Origin: Clostridiales bacterium
GTDB lineage: Bacteria > Bacillota > Clostridia > Lachnospirales > Lachnospiraceae
Direction of reading: 5' to 3'
NCBI GenBank assembly: GCA_021204025.1
Contig: JAJQAC010000018.1
Coordinates: 8,549-72,548, forward strand
Length of the DNA: 64,000 nucleotides
Under the pieces are notes generated by a model. It made no database searches. It saw only the letters and a list, made by a program, of their open reading frames with translations, and was not told the DNA's origin. A program made the translations under genes and the position numbers. Shown piece by piece: positions 10,775 through 20,859 of this stretch. Position 1 is the first letter of the stretch; the number at the start of each line of letters is the position of its first letter.

Positions 10775-10907
10775 CTTATTTTTATCTTACAGGAAATTCG
10801 TCTTGTAAGATAAAAAGTCTCCGACGGATCGCACTGCGGCGGAAAGGAAGATGTCGCTGTCGCGATTCGCCGCAGGCGGAGAATTTCGCTTTGCGAAATT
10901 CTTTGTT
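10775..10907 (+). repeat. About 130 bp multi-hairpin intergenic element, copy 1 (ends in a terminator-like hairpin)
   Basis: Nearly identical by eye to 44374..44505. It contains the hairpins ATCTTACAGG/CTTGTAAGAT, CTGCGGCGG/CCGCCGCAG and GAATTTCGC-TTT-GCGAAATTC followed by TTTGTTTT. Confidence 0.9.
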
Positions 10908-11274
10908 TTATAAACTTTATTTTATTAAGTTTTTTGCTTACTCAGAGAGAAAATGTTTCCGATAAGGGAATAATAGTCAAAAAATTGAAAGAAATGACAG
11001 ACATTTTTATAAATAAAACGATAAAAACTAATTATCTGACAACTTTGCAAAATGACTATATTTACAAATGAAAAAAAATGTTGTATGATCGTTGAGAACG
11101 CAGAAATTCAATAGCGAATCAATGTGACCAAAGCAGGTATCCAAGGGGCAAATCTCCGAAGATATCTGTATTTTTTTGCAGCGGAGCGAACGGCGCAGGG
11201 ATGCAGCCTGCAGGGCATCCGTTGTATGCATGACAGATAATGGAAAACCGGCTGTCTGATGAGGAGGAAAATGT

Positions 11275-14200
11275 ATGGATAAAGAACAGAGAATTCCGGC
11301 TCTTTATGATCCCAGGTTTGAACATGACAACTGTGGTATCGGCGCAGTTGTCGATATTAAAGGGCGGAAAAGTCACAGGACTCTGGAACAGGCGCTTCAT
11401 ATTGTGGAGCATCTGGAGCATCGGGCAGGGAAGGACGCAGAGGGGAAGACCGGCGACGGCGTTGGTATCCTGATGCAGATTTCTCATAAATTTTTTAAGA
11501 AGGTTACAGAACCGCTGGGGATTAAACTGGGCGGAGAGAGAGAGTATGGAATCGGCATGTTCTTTTTCCCGCAGGATGTTCTGGCAAGAAACCAGGTAAA
11601 AAAGATGTTTGAAATTATCGTCAAGAAAGAGGGTCTGACTTTTCTTGGCTGGCGGGATCTTCCGATTCATCCGGAATATATCGGTACGAAGGCAGTGGAA
11701 AAAATGCCTTATATCGTACAGGGATTTATCGGAAAACCGAAGAAGGTAGCATGCGGACTTGATTTTGACCGCAAGCTTTATGTTGTCCGCCGTGTGTTTG
11801 AACAATCTAACGATAATACTTATGTGGTATCGATGAGCAGCCGAACGATTGTATATAAAGGAATGTTTCTTGTTAAGGAACTGCGCCTCTTCTTTGAGGA
11901 TTTGCAGGATGAGGACTATGAGACGGCGATTGCGATGATCCATTCCCGGTTCAGCACCAATACCAATCCCAGCTGGATGCGTGCTCATCCGAATCGTCTC
12001 ATCGTGCATAACGGAGAGATTAATACGATTCGTGGAAATGTCGATAAGATGCTGGCACGCGAGGAAACGACAGAGTCCAGCGCCCTCAAATCAGAGATGT
12101 CCAAGATCCTGCCGATCATCAATCAGGACGGTTCAGACTCGGCGATGCTGGATAATGCGCTGGAATTTATGATGATGAGCGGAATGGATCTGCCGATGGC
12201 GGTCATGGTGATGCTTCCGGCGCCCTGGGAGCATGATAAATTTATGTCCCGCAAGGTGAAGGATTTTTATCGCTATTATGCCACCATGATGGAGCCCTGG
12301 GACGGTCCGGCATCGATCGTATTCAGTGACGGCGACGTGCTGGGAGCGGTGCTGGACCGCAACGGTCTGCGTCCGTCCCGGTATTATATTACGGACGATG
12401 ACCAGGTGATTCTTGCGTCCGAGGTCGGAGCAATTGATATCGAGCAGTCTCATGTAATTAAAAAGGAACGCCAGTATCCGGGCAGGATGCTTCTGGTGGA
12501 TACGGTCAGGGGAGAACTGATTAAAGATGAGGATCTGAAAGAGTATTATGCTTCGCGGCATCCATACGGAGAGTGGCTGGATGCTAATCTGGTCGAGTTA
12601 AAGGATCTTCCGATCCCCAATAAGGGTATCGCGCCGATGGATAAGGGACGCCGGAGCAAGCTGCAGAAAACCTATGGTTATACTTATGAGCAGTATAAGA
12701 CGATGATCCTGCCGATGGCGTTAAACGGGGCGGAGGCAGTATCTGCGATGGGCGCTGACAGTCCGCTGGCAGTGTTGTCAAAGCAGCATCAGCCGCTCTT
12801 TAATTACTTTAAACAGCGGTTTGCGCAGGTGACGAACCCGCCGATCGATGCTATCCGTGAGGAGATCGTAACCTCAACGACCGTATATGTCGGAGAAGAG
12901 GGAAATATCCTTGAGGATAAGCCGGAGAACTGCAAGATCCTGAAGGTGGAAAATCCGATTCTTACCAATACAGATCTGATGCGGATTAAATATATGAAGC
13001 AGCCGGGATTTAAGGTGGAGACGATTCCGATTACTTATTATAAGAATACATCTCTGGAAAAGGCGATTGACCGGCTTTTCCTGGAGGTTGACCGTGCGCA
13101 TCGGGATGGAGCGAATATTATCATCCTGTCTGACCGGGATATCGACGAGAGCCGTGTGCCGATTCCGTCGCTTCTGGCAGTTTCCGCGCTGGAGCAGCAT
13201 CTGGTGCAGACCAAGAAGCGAACCGCGATGGCGCTGATTCTGGAGAGCGGCGAGCCAAGAGAGGTACATCATTTTGCGATGCTGCTTGGTTATGGCGCCA
13301 GCGCGATTAATCCATATCTGGCGCAGGAGTCGATCCGGTACATGATCGAAACCGGCATGCTGGATAAGGATTATTATGCGGCAGTGCACGATTACAACGA
13401 TGCTGTGTTGCATGGAATTGTAAAAATCGCTTCCAAGATGGGTATTTCCACGATTCAGTCTTATCAGGGAGCGCAGATCTTTGAGGCAATCGGTATTTCA
13501 AAGGAGGTAGTGGATAAATATTTTACCAACACGGTGAGCCGAGTGGGCGGCGTGACGTTGGAGGATATCGCGAGCGATGTGGATACGCTGCATTCGACGG
13601 CGTTTGATCCTCTGGGACTGGATGTGGATCTGACGTTGGAGAGCGTAGGCAGCCACAAGGAGCGCGCGGGACAGGAGGAGCATCTCTATAATCCGAAGAC
13701 AATTCATCTGTTGCAGCAGGCTGCCTGGACCGGCAACTATCAGATTTTCAAGGAATATACACACGCGCTGAATGAGGAAGGACAGACGATCAATCTGCGC
13801 AGCCTGATGGACTTTAATTACGATCCGGACGGCGGGATACCGATCGAAGAGGTTGAGAGTGTCGAATCCATTGTGAAGCGGTTTAAGACCGGAGCGATGT
13901 CTTATGGCTCGATCTCGCAGGAAGCGCATGAGTGCCTGGCGATCGCGATGAACCGGATTAACGGTAAGTCTAATACCGGTGAAGGCGGTGAGAGTCTGGA
14001 GCGTCTTGATCCGAAGCAGCCCAAAAAGAATAACCGTTGTTCGGCGATCAAGCAGGTGGCGTCCGGAAGATTCGGTGTGACCTCACGCTATCTGGTAAGT
14101 GCGCAGGAGATCCAGATCAAGATGGCACAGGGGGCAAAACCGGGCGAGGGCGGACAGCTTCCCGGTGGTAAGGTATATCCGTGGGTTGCCAAGACCCGTC

Positions 14201-15819
14201 ACTCGACGACGGGTGTGACATTGATCTCTCCGCCTCCGCATCATGACATCTATTCAATCGAGGATCTGGCACAGCTGATCTATGATCTGAAGAATTCCAA
14301 TACCCGTGCGAGGATTTCCGTCAAGCTGGTATCAGAGGCTGGCGTTGGTACGGTTGCGGCCGGTGTGGCAAAAGCAGGAGCGCAGGTGATCCTGGTATCT
14401 GGTTATGACGGAGGTACCGGCGCGGCACCGAGAAATTCTATTTATAATGCGGGTCTGCCATGGGAACTGGGCATTTCGGAGACTCATCAGACCCTGATCA
14501 TGAATGGTCTGCGTGATAAGGTGATTCTGGAAACTGACGGTAAGCTGATGACCGGTCGTGACGTTGTGATCGCGTGTATGCTGGGAGCGGAGGAGTTTGG
14601 CTTTGCGACTGCGCCTTTGGTCACCATGGGATGCGTGATGATGCGGGTCTGCAATCTGGACACCTGTCCGGTCGGTGTGGCTACTCAGAATCCGGAGCTG
14701 CGGAAACGTTTTAAGGGCAAACCGGAGTATGTGGTTAATTTTATGAATTTCATTGCGCAGGAAATGCGTGAATATATGGCGAAGCTCGGTGTCCGTACGA
14801 TCGACGAGCTCGTGGGACGCACCGATCTTCTGAAGAGAAAAGAGGATATTGGGACGGCCCGCGCGGCAAAGGTGGATCTGTCCGGTATCCTCGGTAATCC
14901 TTATGAAGGACAGCCACTCAGAGGGTACCATGACAAGCTGGAATATGACTTCCATCTGGATCAGACCGTTGACGAAAGGATTTTGCTGAAGAAACTGAAG
15001 TCGGCGCTTACATCCGGGCAGAAGAGAAGCCTTGAGATCGATGTCTCGAATACGGACCGCACGATGGGAACGATCTTTGGATCGGAGATTACGAGACAGT
15101 ATCCGGACGGACTGCCGGAGGATACGTTTACCATCCGCTGCAATGGCTATGGCGGTCAGAGCTTCGGTGCGTTTATCCCGCGTGGATTGACATTGGAGCT
15201 GGTGGGCGACAGCAATGACTATTTCGGTAAGGGACTGTCCGGCGGTAAACTGATTGTATATCCGCCGAAAGGAGTTCAGTTTAAGGCGGAGGAAAATATC
15301 ATTATCGGGAATGTCGCTCTCTACGGCGCGACGAGCGGCAAGGCATTTATCAACGGTATCGCAGGCGAGCGGTTCTGCGTTCGCAATTCCGGAGCAACAG
15401 CAGTCGTTGAGGGAGTCGGAGATCACGGCTGCGAATACATGACTGGAGGCTGCGCGGTGATCCTGGGAGAGGTTGGTAAGAACTTCGCAGCAGGTATGAG
15501 CGGCGGTATCGCTTATGTACTGGATGAGAAGAGAGATCTTTACCGTAAGGTCAATAAATCTCTCGTTGCAATGACTGAGGTGACGGATAAATATGACGTC
15601 CTTGAACTCAAGGAGATCATACAGGAGCATGTGGCATATACAAACTCCGAACGGGGAAAACACATCCTGGATCATTTCTCCGAGTACCTGCCGAGCTTTA
15701 AGAAGATTGTACCGTATGATTACAGCCGCATGATGAATATCATCGTGCAGATGGAAGAAAAGGGATTAAGCTCAGAGCAGGCTCAGATCGAAGCGTTTTA
15801 TGCGAATAAGGGAAAGTAA
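11275..15819 (+). CDS. gltB: Glutamate synthase large subunit
   Basis: 1514 aa. N-terminal Ntn amidotransferase domain (Cys right after the start region: HDNCGIG), then central, FMN/3Fe-4S and GXGXG domains. GAGGAGG RBS. Confidence 0.96.
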   Translation: MDKEQRIPALYDPRFEHDNCGIGAVVDIKGRKSHRTLEQALHIVEHLEHRAGKDAEGKTGDGVGILMQISHKFFKKVTEPLGIKLGGEREYGIGMFFFPQDVLARNQVKKMFEIIVKKEGLTFLGWRDLPIHPEYIGTKAVEKMPYIVQGFIGKPKKVACGLDFDRKLYVVRRVFEQSNDNTYVVSMSSRTIVYKGMFLVKELRLFFEDLQDEDYETAIAMIHSRFSTNTNPSWMRAHPNRLIVHNGEINTIRGNVDKMLAREETTESSALKSEMSKILPIINQDGSDSAMLDNALEFMMMSGMDLPMAVMVMLPAPWEHDKFMSRKVKDFYRYYATMMEPWDGPASIVFSDGDVLGAVLDRNGLRPSRYYITDDDQVILASEVGAIDIEQSHVIKKERQYPGRMLLVDTVRGELIKDEDLKEYYASRHPYGEWLDANLVELKDLPIPNKGIAPMDKGRRSKLQKTYGYTYEQYKTMILPMALNGAEAVSAMGADSPLAVLSKQHQPLFNYFKQRFAQVTNPPIDAIREEIVTSTTVYVGEEGNILEDKPENCKILKVENPILTNTDLMRIKYMKQPGFKVETIPITYYKNTSLEKAIDRLFLEVDRAHRDGANIIILSDRDIDESRVPIPSLLAVSALEQHLVQTKKRTAMALILESGEPREVHHFAMLLGYGASAINPYLAQESIRYMIETGMLDKDYYAAVHDYNDAVLHGIVKIASKMGISTIQSYQGAQIFEAIGISKEVVDKYFTNTVSRVGGVTLEDIASDVDTLHSTAFDPLGLDVDLTLESVGSHKERAGQEEHLYNPKTIHLLQQAAWTGNYQIFKEYTHALNEEGQTINLRSLMDFNYDPDGGIPIEEVESVESIVKRFKTGAMSYGSISQEAHECLAIAMNRINGKSNTGEGGESLERLDPKQPKKNNRCSAIKQVASGRFGVTSRYLVSAQEIQIKMAQGAKPGEGGQLPGGKVYPWVAKTRHSTTGVTLISPPPHHDIYSIEDLAQLIYDLKNSNTRARISVKLVSEAGVGTVAAGVAKAGAQVILVSGYDGGTGAAPRNSIYNAGLPWELGISETHQTLIMNGLRDKVILETDGKLMTGRDVVIACMLGAEEFGFATAPLVTMGCVMMRVCNLDTCPVGVATQNPELRKRFKGKPEYVVNFMNFIAQEMREYMAKLGVRTIDELVGRTDLLKRKEDIGTARAAKVDLSGILGNPYEGQPLRGYHDKLEYDFHLDQTVDERILLKKLKSALTSGQKRSLEIDVSNTDRTMGTIFGSEITRQYPDGLPEDTFTIRCNGYGGQSFGAFIPRGLTLELVGDSNDYFGKGLSGGKLIVYPPKGVQFKAEENIIIGNVALYGATSGKAFINGIAGERFCVRNSGATAVVEGVGDHGCEYMTGGCAVILGEVGKNFAAGMSGGIAYVLDEKRDLYRKVNKSLVAMTEVTDKYDVLELKEIIQEHVAYTNSERGKHILDHFSEYLPSFKKIVPYDYSRMMNIIVQMEEKGLSSEQAQIEAFYANKGK

Positions 15820-15831
15820 GGAGGAGAGATT

Positions 15832-17319
15832 ATGGGAAAGCCAACAGGATTTTTGGAATATGAAAGAGTTGCCAGTGAAGCAGCCGCTCCTCTGGAGAGA
15901 ATAAAGAATTTTAATGAGTTTCATACTCCGCTCAGCGAGGAGGAGCAGAAGATCCAGGGCGCGCGCTGCATGGAGTGCGGTGTGCCGTTCTGCCAGTCCG
16001 GCATGGTAATTGGCGGTATGGTATCCGGCTGCCCGCTTAACAATCTGACACCGGAATGGAATGATCTGATCTATATCGGGAACTGGGAGCAGGCGTATAA
16101 CCGGCTGAAAAAGACCAACAGTTTTCCGGAATTTACCAGCCGCGTCTGTCCGGCTCCCTGTGAGGCGGCCTGTACCTGCGGTCTGCACGGAGATCCGGTA
16201 AGTATCAAAGAAAATGAACGCGCGATTATCGAACATGCTTATGAGACCGGTTACGCGAAGGCGAATCCGCCGTCCATGCGCACGGATAAAAAAATCGCAG
16301 TGATCGGTTCGGGTCCGTCAGGGCTTGCCGCCGCGGATCAGCTGAATAAGCGCGGACATAATGTCACTGTGTTTGAACGGGAGGACCGTGTGGGAGGTCT
16401 TCTGATGTATGGCATCCCCAATATGAAGCTGGAAAAACAGGTGATTGAGCGCAAGATCAATATCATGAAGCAGGAAGGGGTTACCTTTGTTACCGGCGCG
16501 AATGTGGGAGAGAATTATAAGGCCGGGAAGATCCGCCGCAATTTTGACAGCGTGATCCTTGCCTGCGGCGCGTCAAACCCGAGAGACATTCAGGCACCGG
16601 GAAGGGATGCGCAGGGGATCTATTTCGCAGTCGATTTTCTGAAAGCGACGACAAAGAGCCTGTTAAATTCCAATTTTGAGGATGGTTTGTTTATCCCGGC
16701 AAAGGATAAGCATGTGATTGTGATCGGCGGCGGTGATACAGGAAATGATTGTGTTGGTACGTCCATCCGCCTGGGATGCGCGTCAGTGACGCAGCTGGAG
16801 ATGATGCCGAAGCTGCCGGATCAGCGCGCGGAAAACAACGCCTGGCCGGAATGGCCGAGAGTCTGCAAGACGGACTACGGTCAGGAGGAAGCAATCGCTG
16901 TCTTTGGTCATGACCCGCGGATCTATCAGACCACAGTAAAAGAATTTATCAAGGATGAGACGGGGAAAGTCTGCAAGGTCATCCTGGTTAAGCTGGAGTC
17001 TCAGAAGAATCCGGAAACCGGGAGGATGATGATGGTGCCGATCGAGGGAAGCGAGTGGGAGGCACCGGCAGACCTGGTCCTGATTGCGGCAGGCTTTCTG
17101 GGCGCGCAGTCCTATGTCGCTGACGCGTTTGGCGTAGAGTTAAACGCACGCACTAACGTGGCGACCGAAGAGGGACATTACGCGACGAACGTCGAGAATG
17201 TATTTACCGCCGGAGACATGCACCGCGGTCAGTCACTGGTTGTCTGGGCGATCCGCGAAGGACGAAATGTGGCGAAGGAAGTAGACCGCTGTCTGATGGG
17301 ATATACTAACCTGGCGTGA
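15832..17319 (+). CDS. gltD: Glutamate synthase small subunit (NADPH)
   Basis: 495 aa, 12 nt after gltB. It has Fe-S Cys clusters and IAVIGSGPSGLAAA and VIGGGDTGNDC dinucleotide folds. Confidence 0.93.
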   Translation: MGKPTGFLEYERVASEAAAPLERIKNFNEFHTPLSEEEQKIQGARCMECGVPFCQSGMVIGGMVSGCPLNNLTPEWNDLIYIGNWEQAYNRLKKTNSFPEFTSRVCPAPCEAACTCGLHGDPVSIKENERAIIEHAYETGYAKANPPSMRTDKKIAVIGSGPSGLAAADQLNKRGHNVTVFEREDRVGGLLMYGIPNMKLEKQVIERKINIMKQEGVTFVTGANVGENYKAGKIRRNFDSVILACGASNPRDIQAPGRDAQGIYFAVDFLKATTKSLLNSNFEDGLFIPAKDKHVIVIGGGDTGNDCVGTSIRLGCASVTQLEMMPKLPDQRAENNAWPEWPRVCKTDYGQEEAIAVFGHDPRIYQTTVKEFIKDETGKVCKVILVKLESQKNPETGRMMMVPIEGSEWEAPADLVLIAAGFLGAQSYVADAFGVELNARTNVATEEGHYATNVENVFTAGDMHRGQSLVVWAIREGRNVAKEVDRCLMGYTNLA

Positions 17320-17413
17320 GAATAATAATATAGAGGGAACCATTTGACCGGAACAAATAATATCCGCGATAAACGGATATATCGGTTGATAAAGACATTA
17401 ATGCTATATAATA

Positions 17414-17455
17414 AAAGTCCCCATGGAGATTTACTGATTTCCATGGGGATTTTGC
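17414..17455. terminator. Bidirectional rho-independent terminator between convergent gltD and folT
   Basis: Stem TCCCCATGGA (17418..17427) pairs with TCCATGGGGA (17440..17449). It is flanked by AAAAG upstream and TTTTG downstream. Confidence 0.8.
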
Positions 17456-17526
17456 ATGAACAGGGCTGCGTAAGGAGTTTTTTCGGCTGATTACGGAGCC
17501 GGGAAAGGTTTTTGCAGTTTATGCTG

Positions 17527-18078
17527 TTATTCTGGTTTGATCAGATGAAAGATGCCGGAAGTTTCCATAACCTTTGCGACCGAATAAAAGAGCATGGAGT
17601 TGACCGGCCACATGATAAGGTTTTTGAAGACCCGCATGGGGAACAGCGCAAAAAAACCTTTGCCGTAAAGCATGGTGAGCCAGAGAGTGCCGAGAAGCAT
17701 ATTGCAGATGACGTTGACCAGCAGTTCCGCAGCGAGGATCCTTTTTAACGACACAGCGTGTCGGTAAAGGATGGAACCATAGAAAAAGCCGGCAAGAGCA
17801 GCGCTGATCGTAAATCCAGGAAAATACGGTCCCGTGGGTTTGATGACATATTTCATGACATCCAGCGCTCCGCCGAAGAAAGCGCCGACGGCAGGGCCAA
17901 AGAGCAGATAGACAAACTGATTGGATATGGTGGAAAAGCCGACCTTGATATAGGGACCGATTTCAAGCGTCAGATATCCCAGGACGATGGAGACTGCGGC
18001 AAACATTGCCGCCACTGTCAGAGTGCGGACATTGCGAAATTCATGAAAGGAATGGACGAGCGCAGATGAACGGTTCAT
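17527..18078 (-). CDS. folT: Folate-family ECF transporter S component
   Basis: The ORF-track start at 18165 reads through the riboswitch. The ATG at 18078 (MNRSSALVHSF...) follows AAGGAGG. The product is a 6-TM S-component-like protein, and the THF riboswitch immediately upstream supports folate specificity. Confidence 0.8.
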   Translation of the reverse strand: MNRSSALVHSFHEFRNVRTLTVAAMFAAVSIVLGYLTLEIGPYIKVGFSTISNQFVYLLFGPAVGAFFGGALDVMKYVIKPTGPYFPGFTISAALAGFFYGSILYRHAVSLKRILAAELLVNVICNMLLGTLWLTMLYGKGFFALFPMRVFKNLIMWPVNSMLFYSVAKVMETSGIFHLIKPE

Positions 18079-18084
18079 AAAAAA

Positions 18085-18258
18085 TAACCTCCTTTGCAGA
18101 TCCTCGACCGACAAAGGAGATTGATCAAATCTTCTTTGCAGCGGGATGCGGGCTGCGCACCGCAAGGAGATTGACCGGTTTCATCCTGATCATTCCTTTT
18201 CGTCCGGCTGGCAACTCCCCGTCCAGCCGGCACTTAACGCGTGCAGTCCTACTCTGCT
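18085..18258 (-). promoter_or_regulatory. THF (tetrahydrofolate) riboswitch with SD-sequestering expression platform
   Basis: The minus-strand RNA reads AGAGUAGGACUGCACGCGUUAAGUGCCGGCUGGACGGGGAGUUGCCAGCCGGACGAA...CUUGCGGUGCGCAGCCCGCAUCCCGCUG. This matches the conserved THF-aptamer blocks GAGUAG, CGCGUUAAGUG, ACGAA, GCGGUG and GCAUCCGCU. Downstream, UCUCCUUUG (18120..18112) can pair with CAAAGGAGG (18096..18088), which contains the SD. Confidence 0.85.
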
Positions 18259-18408
18259 GATATTTTGTTTGATTGGATATAAGCTATTTATACTACAGGG
18301 GCTGCAGAAAGTAAAGTCAGAATATAAAATTCCTGCAAAAAGTGATCGATTTTAACTAACTCTTCCCTCTCAGTGATATACGCTTGTCCCATACAGCAGC
18401 TTATAATA

Positions 18409-19257
18409 TTAGAGCGTCAACAGTCTCTGAGCCGCAGTATCCATCCAGTCTTTCTCGACATACTCGACAGTGCCTTCATCGACACACGCGGCGACCTGAG
18501 GGTCGATCGGGATGCGGGCGAGCACTTCCAGCCCGTGGCTTTCGGCGATCTCATCGATGTGGCTTTCTCCGAATACGGAGATCCTCTTGCCGCAGTCCGG
18601 GCAGGACAGATAACTCATGTTCTCGATCAGGCCGAGGATCGGGATATCCATTTTTGTGGCCATATTGACAGCCTTGGTAACGATCATGGAAACGAGCTCC
18701 TGCGGTGAGGTGACGATAACGATGCCGTCTACCGGCAGAGACTGAAAGACAGTCAGCGGCACGTCACCGGTTCCCGGGGGCATGTCGACGAACATAAAGT
18801 CGATGTCTTTCCAGAGTACTTCATTCCAGAACTGCTTGACTGCTCCGGCGATGACTGGTCCTCTCCAGATCACGGGATCGGTTTCCTGTTCAAGCAGCAG
18901 ATTGGAAGATACCACCTGGATGCCGGTTGAAGTGACCGCCGGGATCATAAGCTGATCCGGTGTAACGCCGAGTCCGGTGTTATCCAGCCCAAAAGCCTTG
19001 GGGATCGACGGGCCGGTGATATCCGCGTCCAGAATCGCGGTGCGTTTGCCGAGACTGTTCATTTTGACGGCCAGCAGAGAGGTGACGAGAGATTTGCCTA
19101 CGCCGCCCTTGCCGCTCACAACGCCAATGACCTTTTTGACGGAGCTTCTTGCGTTTAATGGTTCCAGAAAATCTGATTTATCCTGGGTGCGGGCACTGCA
19201 GCTGGCTCCGCAGGTACCACAGTCATGGGTACAGTTTTCGATTGCTTCATTACTCAT
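18409..19257 (-). CDS. mrp: Mrp/NBP35/ApbC-family Fe-S cluster carrier ATPase
   Basis: 282 aa with an N-terminal Cys-rich stretch (CTHDCGTCGASC), the deviant Walker A GKGGVGKS, and CPDCG in the C-terminal part. Confidence 0.88.
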   Translation of the reverse strand: MSNEAIENCTHDCGTCGASCSARTQDKSDFLEPLNARSSVKKVIGVVSGKGGVGKSLVTSLLAVKMNSLGKRTAILDADITGPSIPKAFGLDNTGLGVTPDQLMIPAVTSTGIQVVSSNLLLEQETDPVIWRGPVIAGAVKQFWNEVLWKDIDFMFVDMPPGTGDVPLTVFQSLPVDGIVIVTSPQELVSMIVTKAVNMATKMDIPILGLIENMSYLSCPDCGKRISVFGESHIDEIAESHGLEVLARIPIDPQVAACVDEGTVEYVEKDWMDTAAQRLLTL

Positions 19258-19424
19258 GGGAATGTCCTCCTGATTTCAATTCAGTCAAGTATAGCATTTT
19301 GAAAATGGATTTTCAATAAGGATTTTCAAACACGTTTTTTCATGGTGTGATAAGAAAAATAACCTTTTCAATAAGATAGAAAAATGATATGATTATCGTA
19401 TAAAAAATTTGGAGGGAATTAGTT

Positions 19425-20843
19425 ATGCTGCACAAAACATTAAAACCGTTTCCGAAGAACTTCCTCTGGGGCGCCAGCACTTCCGCTTATCAGGTGGAGG
19501 GAGCGAATCTGGAAGACGGCAAGGGACCGTCGTGCCAGGACGTGAAGGAAGTGCCGGCGGGGACATCTGACCTTACGGTCTGTGCTGACCAGTATCACAG
19601 ATACAAAGAGGATATCGCGCTGATGGCTGAGATGGGATTTAAGACCTACCGTTTCTCCATTTCCTGGTCGCGTATCCTGCCGGAAGGTACCGGTGAAGTC
19701 AATCCGAAGGGTATTGAGTATTACAACAACGTGATTAATGAATGTCTGAAATACGGTATTGAGCCCCTTGTTACGATGTTTCATTTTGATATGCCGGCGG
19801 CGCTGGATCAACGTGGTTCCTGGTCAAACCGTGAGTCGGTAGACTGGTTTTTGAATTTCGCGAAGGTGATGTTTGAGAATTTCGGAGATCGTGTCAAATA
19901 CTGGCTGACAATCAATGAGCAGAATATGCTGACGCTGGTGGGACCGGTGATCGGTACACTGATGATCCCGGAGGGCTGCACGAATGTATTAAAGGAGACT
20001 TATCAGCAGAATCACCATATGCTGGTGGCGCAGGCGAAGGCGATGGCGCTCTGTCATGAGATGCTGCCGAACGCCAAGATCGGTCCGGCCCCTAATATCT
20101 CACTGGTATATGCGGTCAGCTGCAAGCCGGAGGATGTAATCGCGGCGCAGAACTACAATGCGATCCGCAACTGGCTGTATCTGGATATGGCGGTATATGG
20201 TGTATATAATAACCTGGTCTGGGCTTATCTGGAAGAAAATGACGCAGTTCCGGAGTTTGCGCCGGGCGATGCAGAGGCTTTGAAGAACGGACATCCGGAC
20301 TTTATCGGATTTAACTATTATAATACCGGTACGGTTGAAGCCAGCGACGGTACAGAAGAGATCGATCCCGGCGCGGATCAGCAGACAGCGCGCGGAGAAG
20401 CCGGTTTCTACAAGGGCTTTCGCAATCCGAATCTGCCGACGACCGAGTTTGGCTGGGAGATCGATCCGATCGGTTTCCGTGCGACGATCCGTGAGATGTA
20501 TTCCCGCTACCGTCTGCCTATGATCGTGACGGAAAATGGCCTCGGCGCTTATGATAAGCTGACTGAGGATGGCAAGGTACATGATCCGTACCGGATCGAG
20601 TATCTGGCAAAGCACATCGAGCAGATCCGCCTTGCGATCAGCGACGGCGCCGAGATGATGGGTTATTGCCCGTGGTCGGCGATTGATCTGATCTCTACGC
20701 ATGAGGGCATGGTTAAGCGGTATGGATTTATCTATGTGGACAGAGAGGAATTTGACTTAAAGACGCTCGATCGTTACCGCAAAGATTCCTTCTACTGGTA
20801 TAAGAAAGTGATCGCTTCAAATGGAGAGGATCTGGGTTATTAA
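19425..20843 (+). CDS. GH1 6-phospho-beta-glucosidase/beta-glucosidase
   Basis: 472 aa with FLWGASTSAYQVEG, the acid/base TINEQN and the nucleophile VTENG. GGAGGG RBS. Confidence 0.9.
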   Translation: MLHKTLKPFPKNFLWGASTSAYQVEGANLEDGKGPSCQDVKEVPAGTSDLTVCADQYHRYKEDIALMAEMGFKTYRFSISWSRILPEGTGEVNPKGIEYYNNVINECLKYGIEPLVTMFHFDMPAALDQRGSWSNRESVDWFLNFAKVMFENFGDRVKYWLTINEQNMLTLVGPVIGTLMIPEGCTNVLKETYQQNHHMLVAQAKAMALCHEMLPNAKIGPAPNISLVYAVSCKPEDVIAAQNYNAIRNWLYLDMAVYGVYNNLVWAYLEENDAVPEFAPGDAEALKNGHPDFIGFNYYNTGTVEASDGTEEIDPGADQQTARGEAGFYKGFRNPNLPTTEFGWEIDPIGFRATIREMYSRYRLPMIVTENGLGAYDKLTEDGKVHDPYRIEYLAKHIEQIRLAISDGAEMMGYCPWSAIDLISTHEGMVKRYGFIYVDREEFDLKTLDRYRKDSFYWYKKVIASNGEDLGY

Positions 20844-20859
20844 GCTGTCCGACAATTGA

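Noticed and set aside
10738-10965. ORFs lying inside the intergenic repeats (10738..10965, 21015..21203, 44245..44631, 58518..58751, and the N-terminal extension of 58708..59739)
   Set aside because: They are made of hairpin-repeat sequence, have no RBS, and their reading frames are not preserved between repeat copies.
10966-11274. Possible riboswitch or attenuator in the roughly 300 nt gltB leader (hairpins GGATGC/GCATCC at about 11199..11225, T-run at 11172..11178)
   Set aside because: The stem preceding the T-run is weak or ambiguous, and I could not match any known nitrogen- or glutamine-related RNA motif. The evidence is insufficient from a single sequence.
14332-15675. Long antisense ORFs opposite well-supported genes (14332..15675 in gltB; also 3028..3804, 11119..12009, 12874..13413, 20100..20702, 23902..24624, 31068..31844)
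   Set aside because: They lie opposite genes whose products have unmistakable family motifs. They lack RBSs, and their translations are Arg/His/Ser/Pro-rich low-complexity sequence typical of frame shadows.
17512-18069. Plus-strand ORFs 17512..17748 and 17758..18069 opposite folT
   Set aside because: The minus-strand product is a coherent multi-TM S-component with a riboswitch and RBS. The plus-strand ORFs are its frame shadows.
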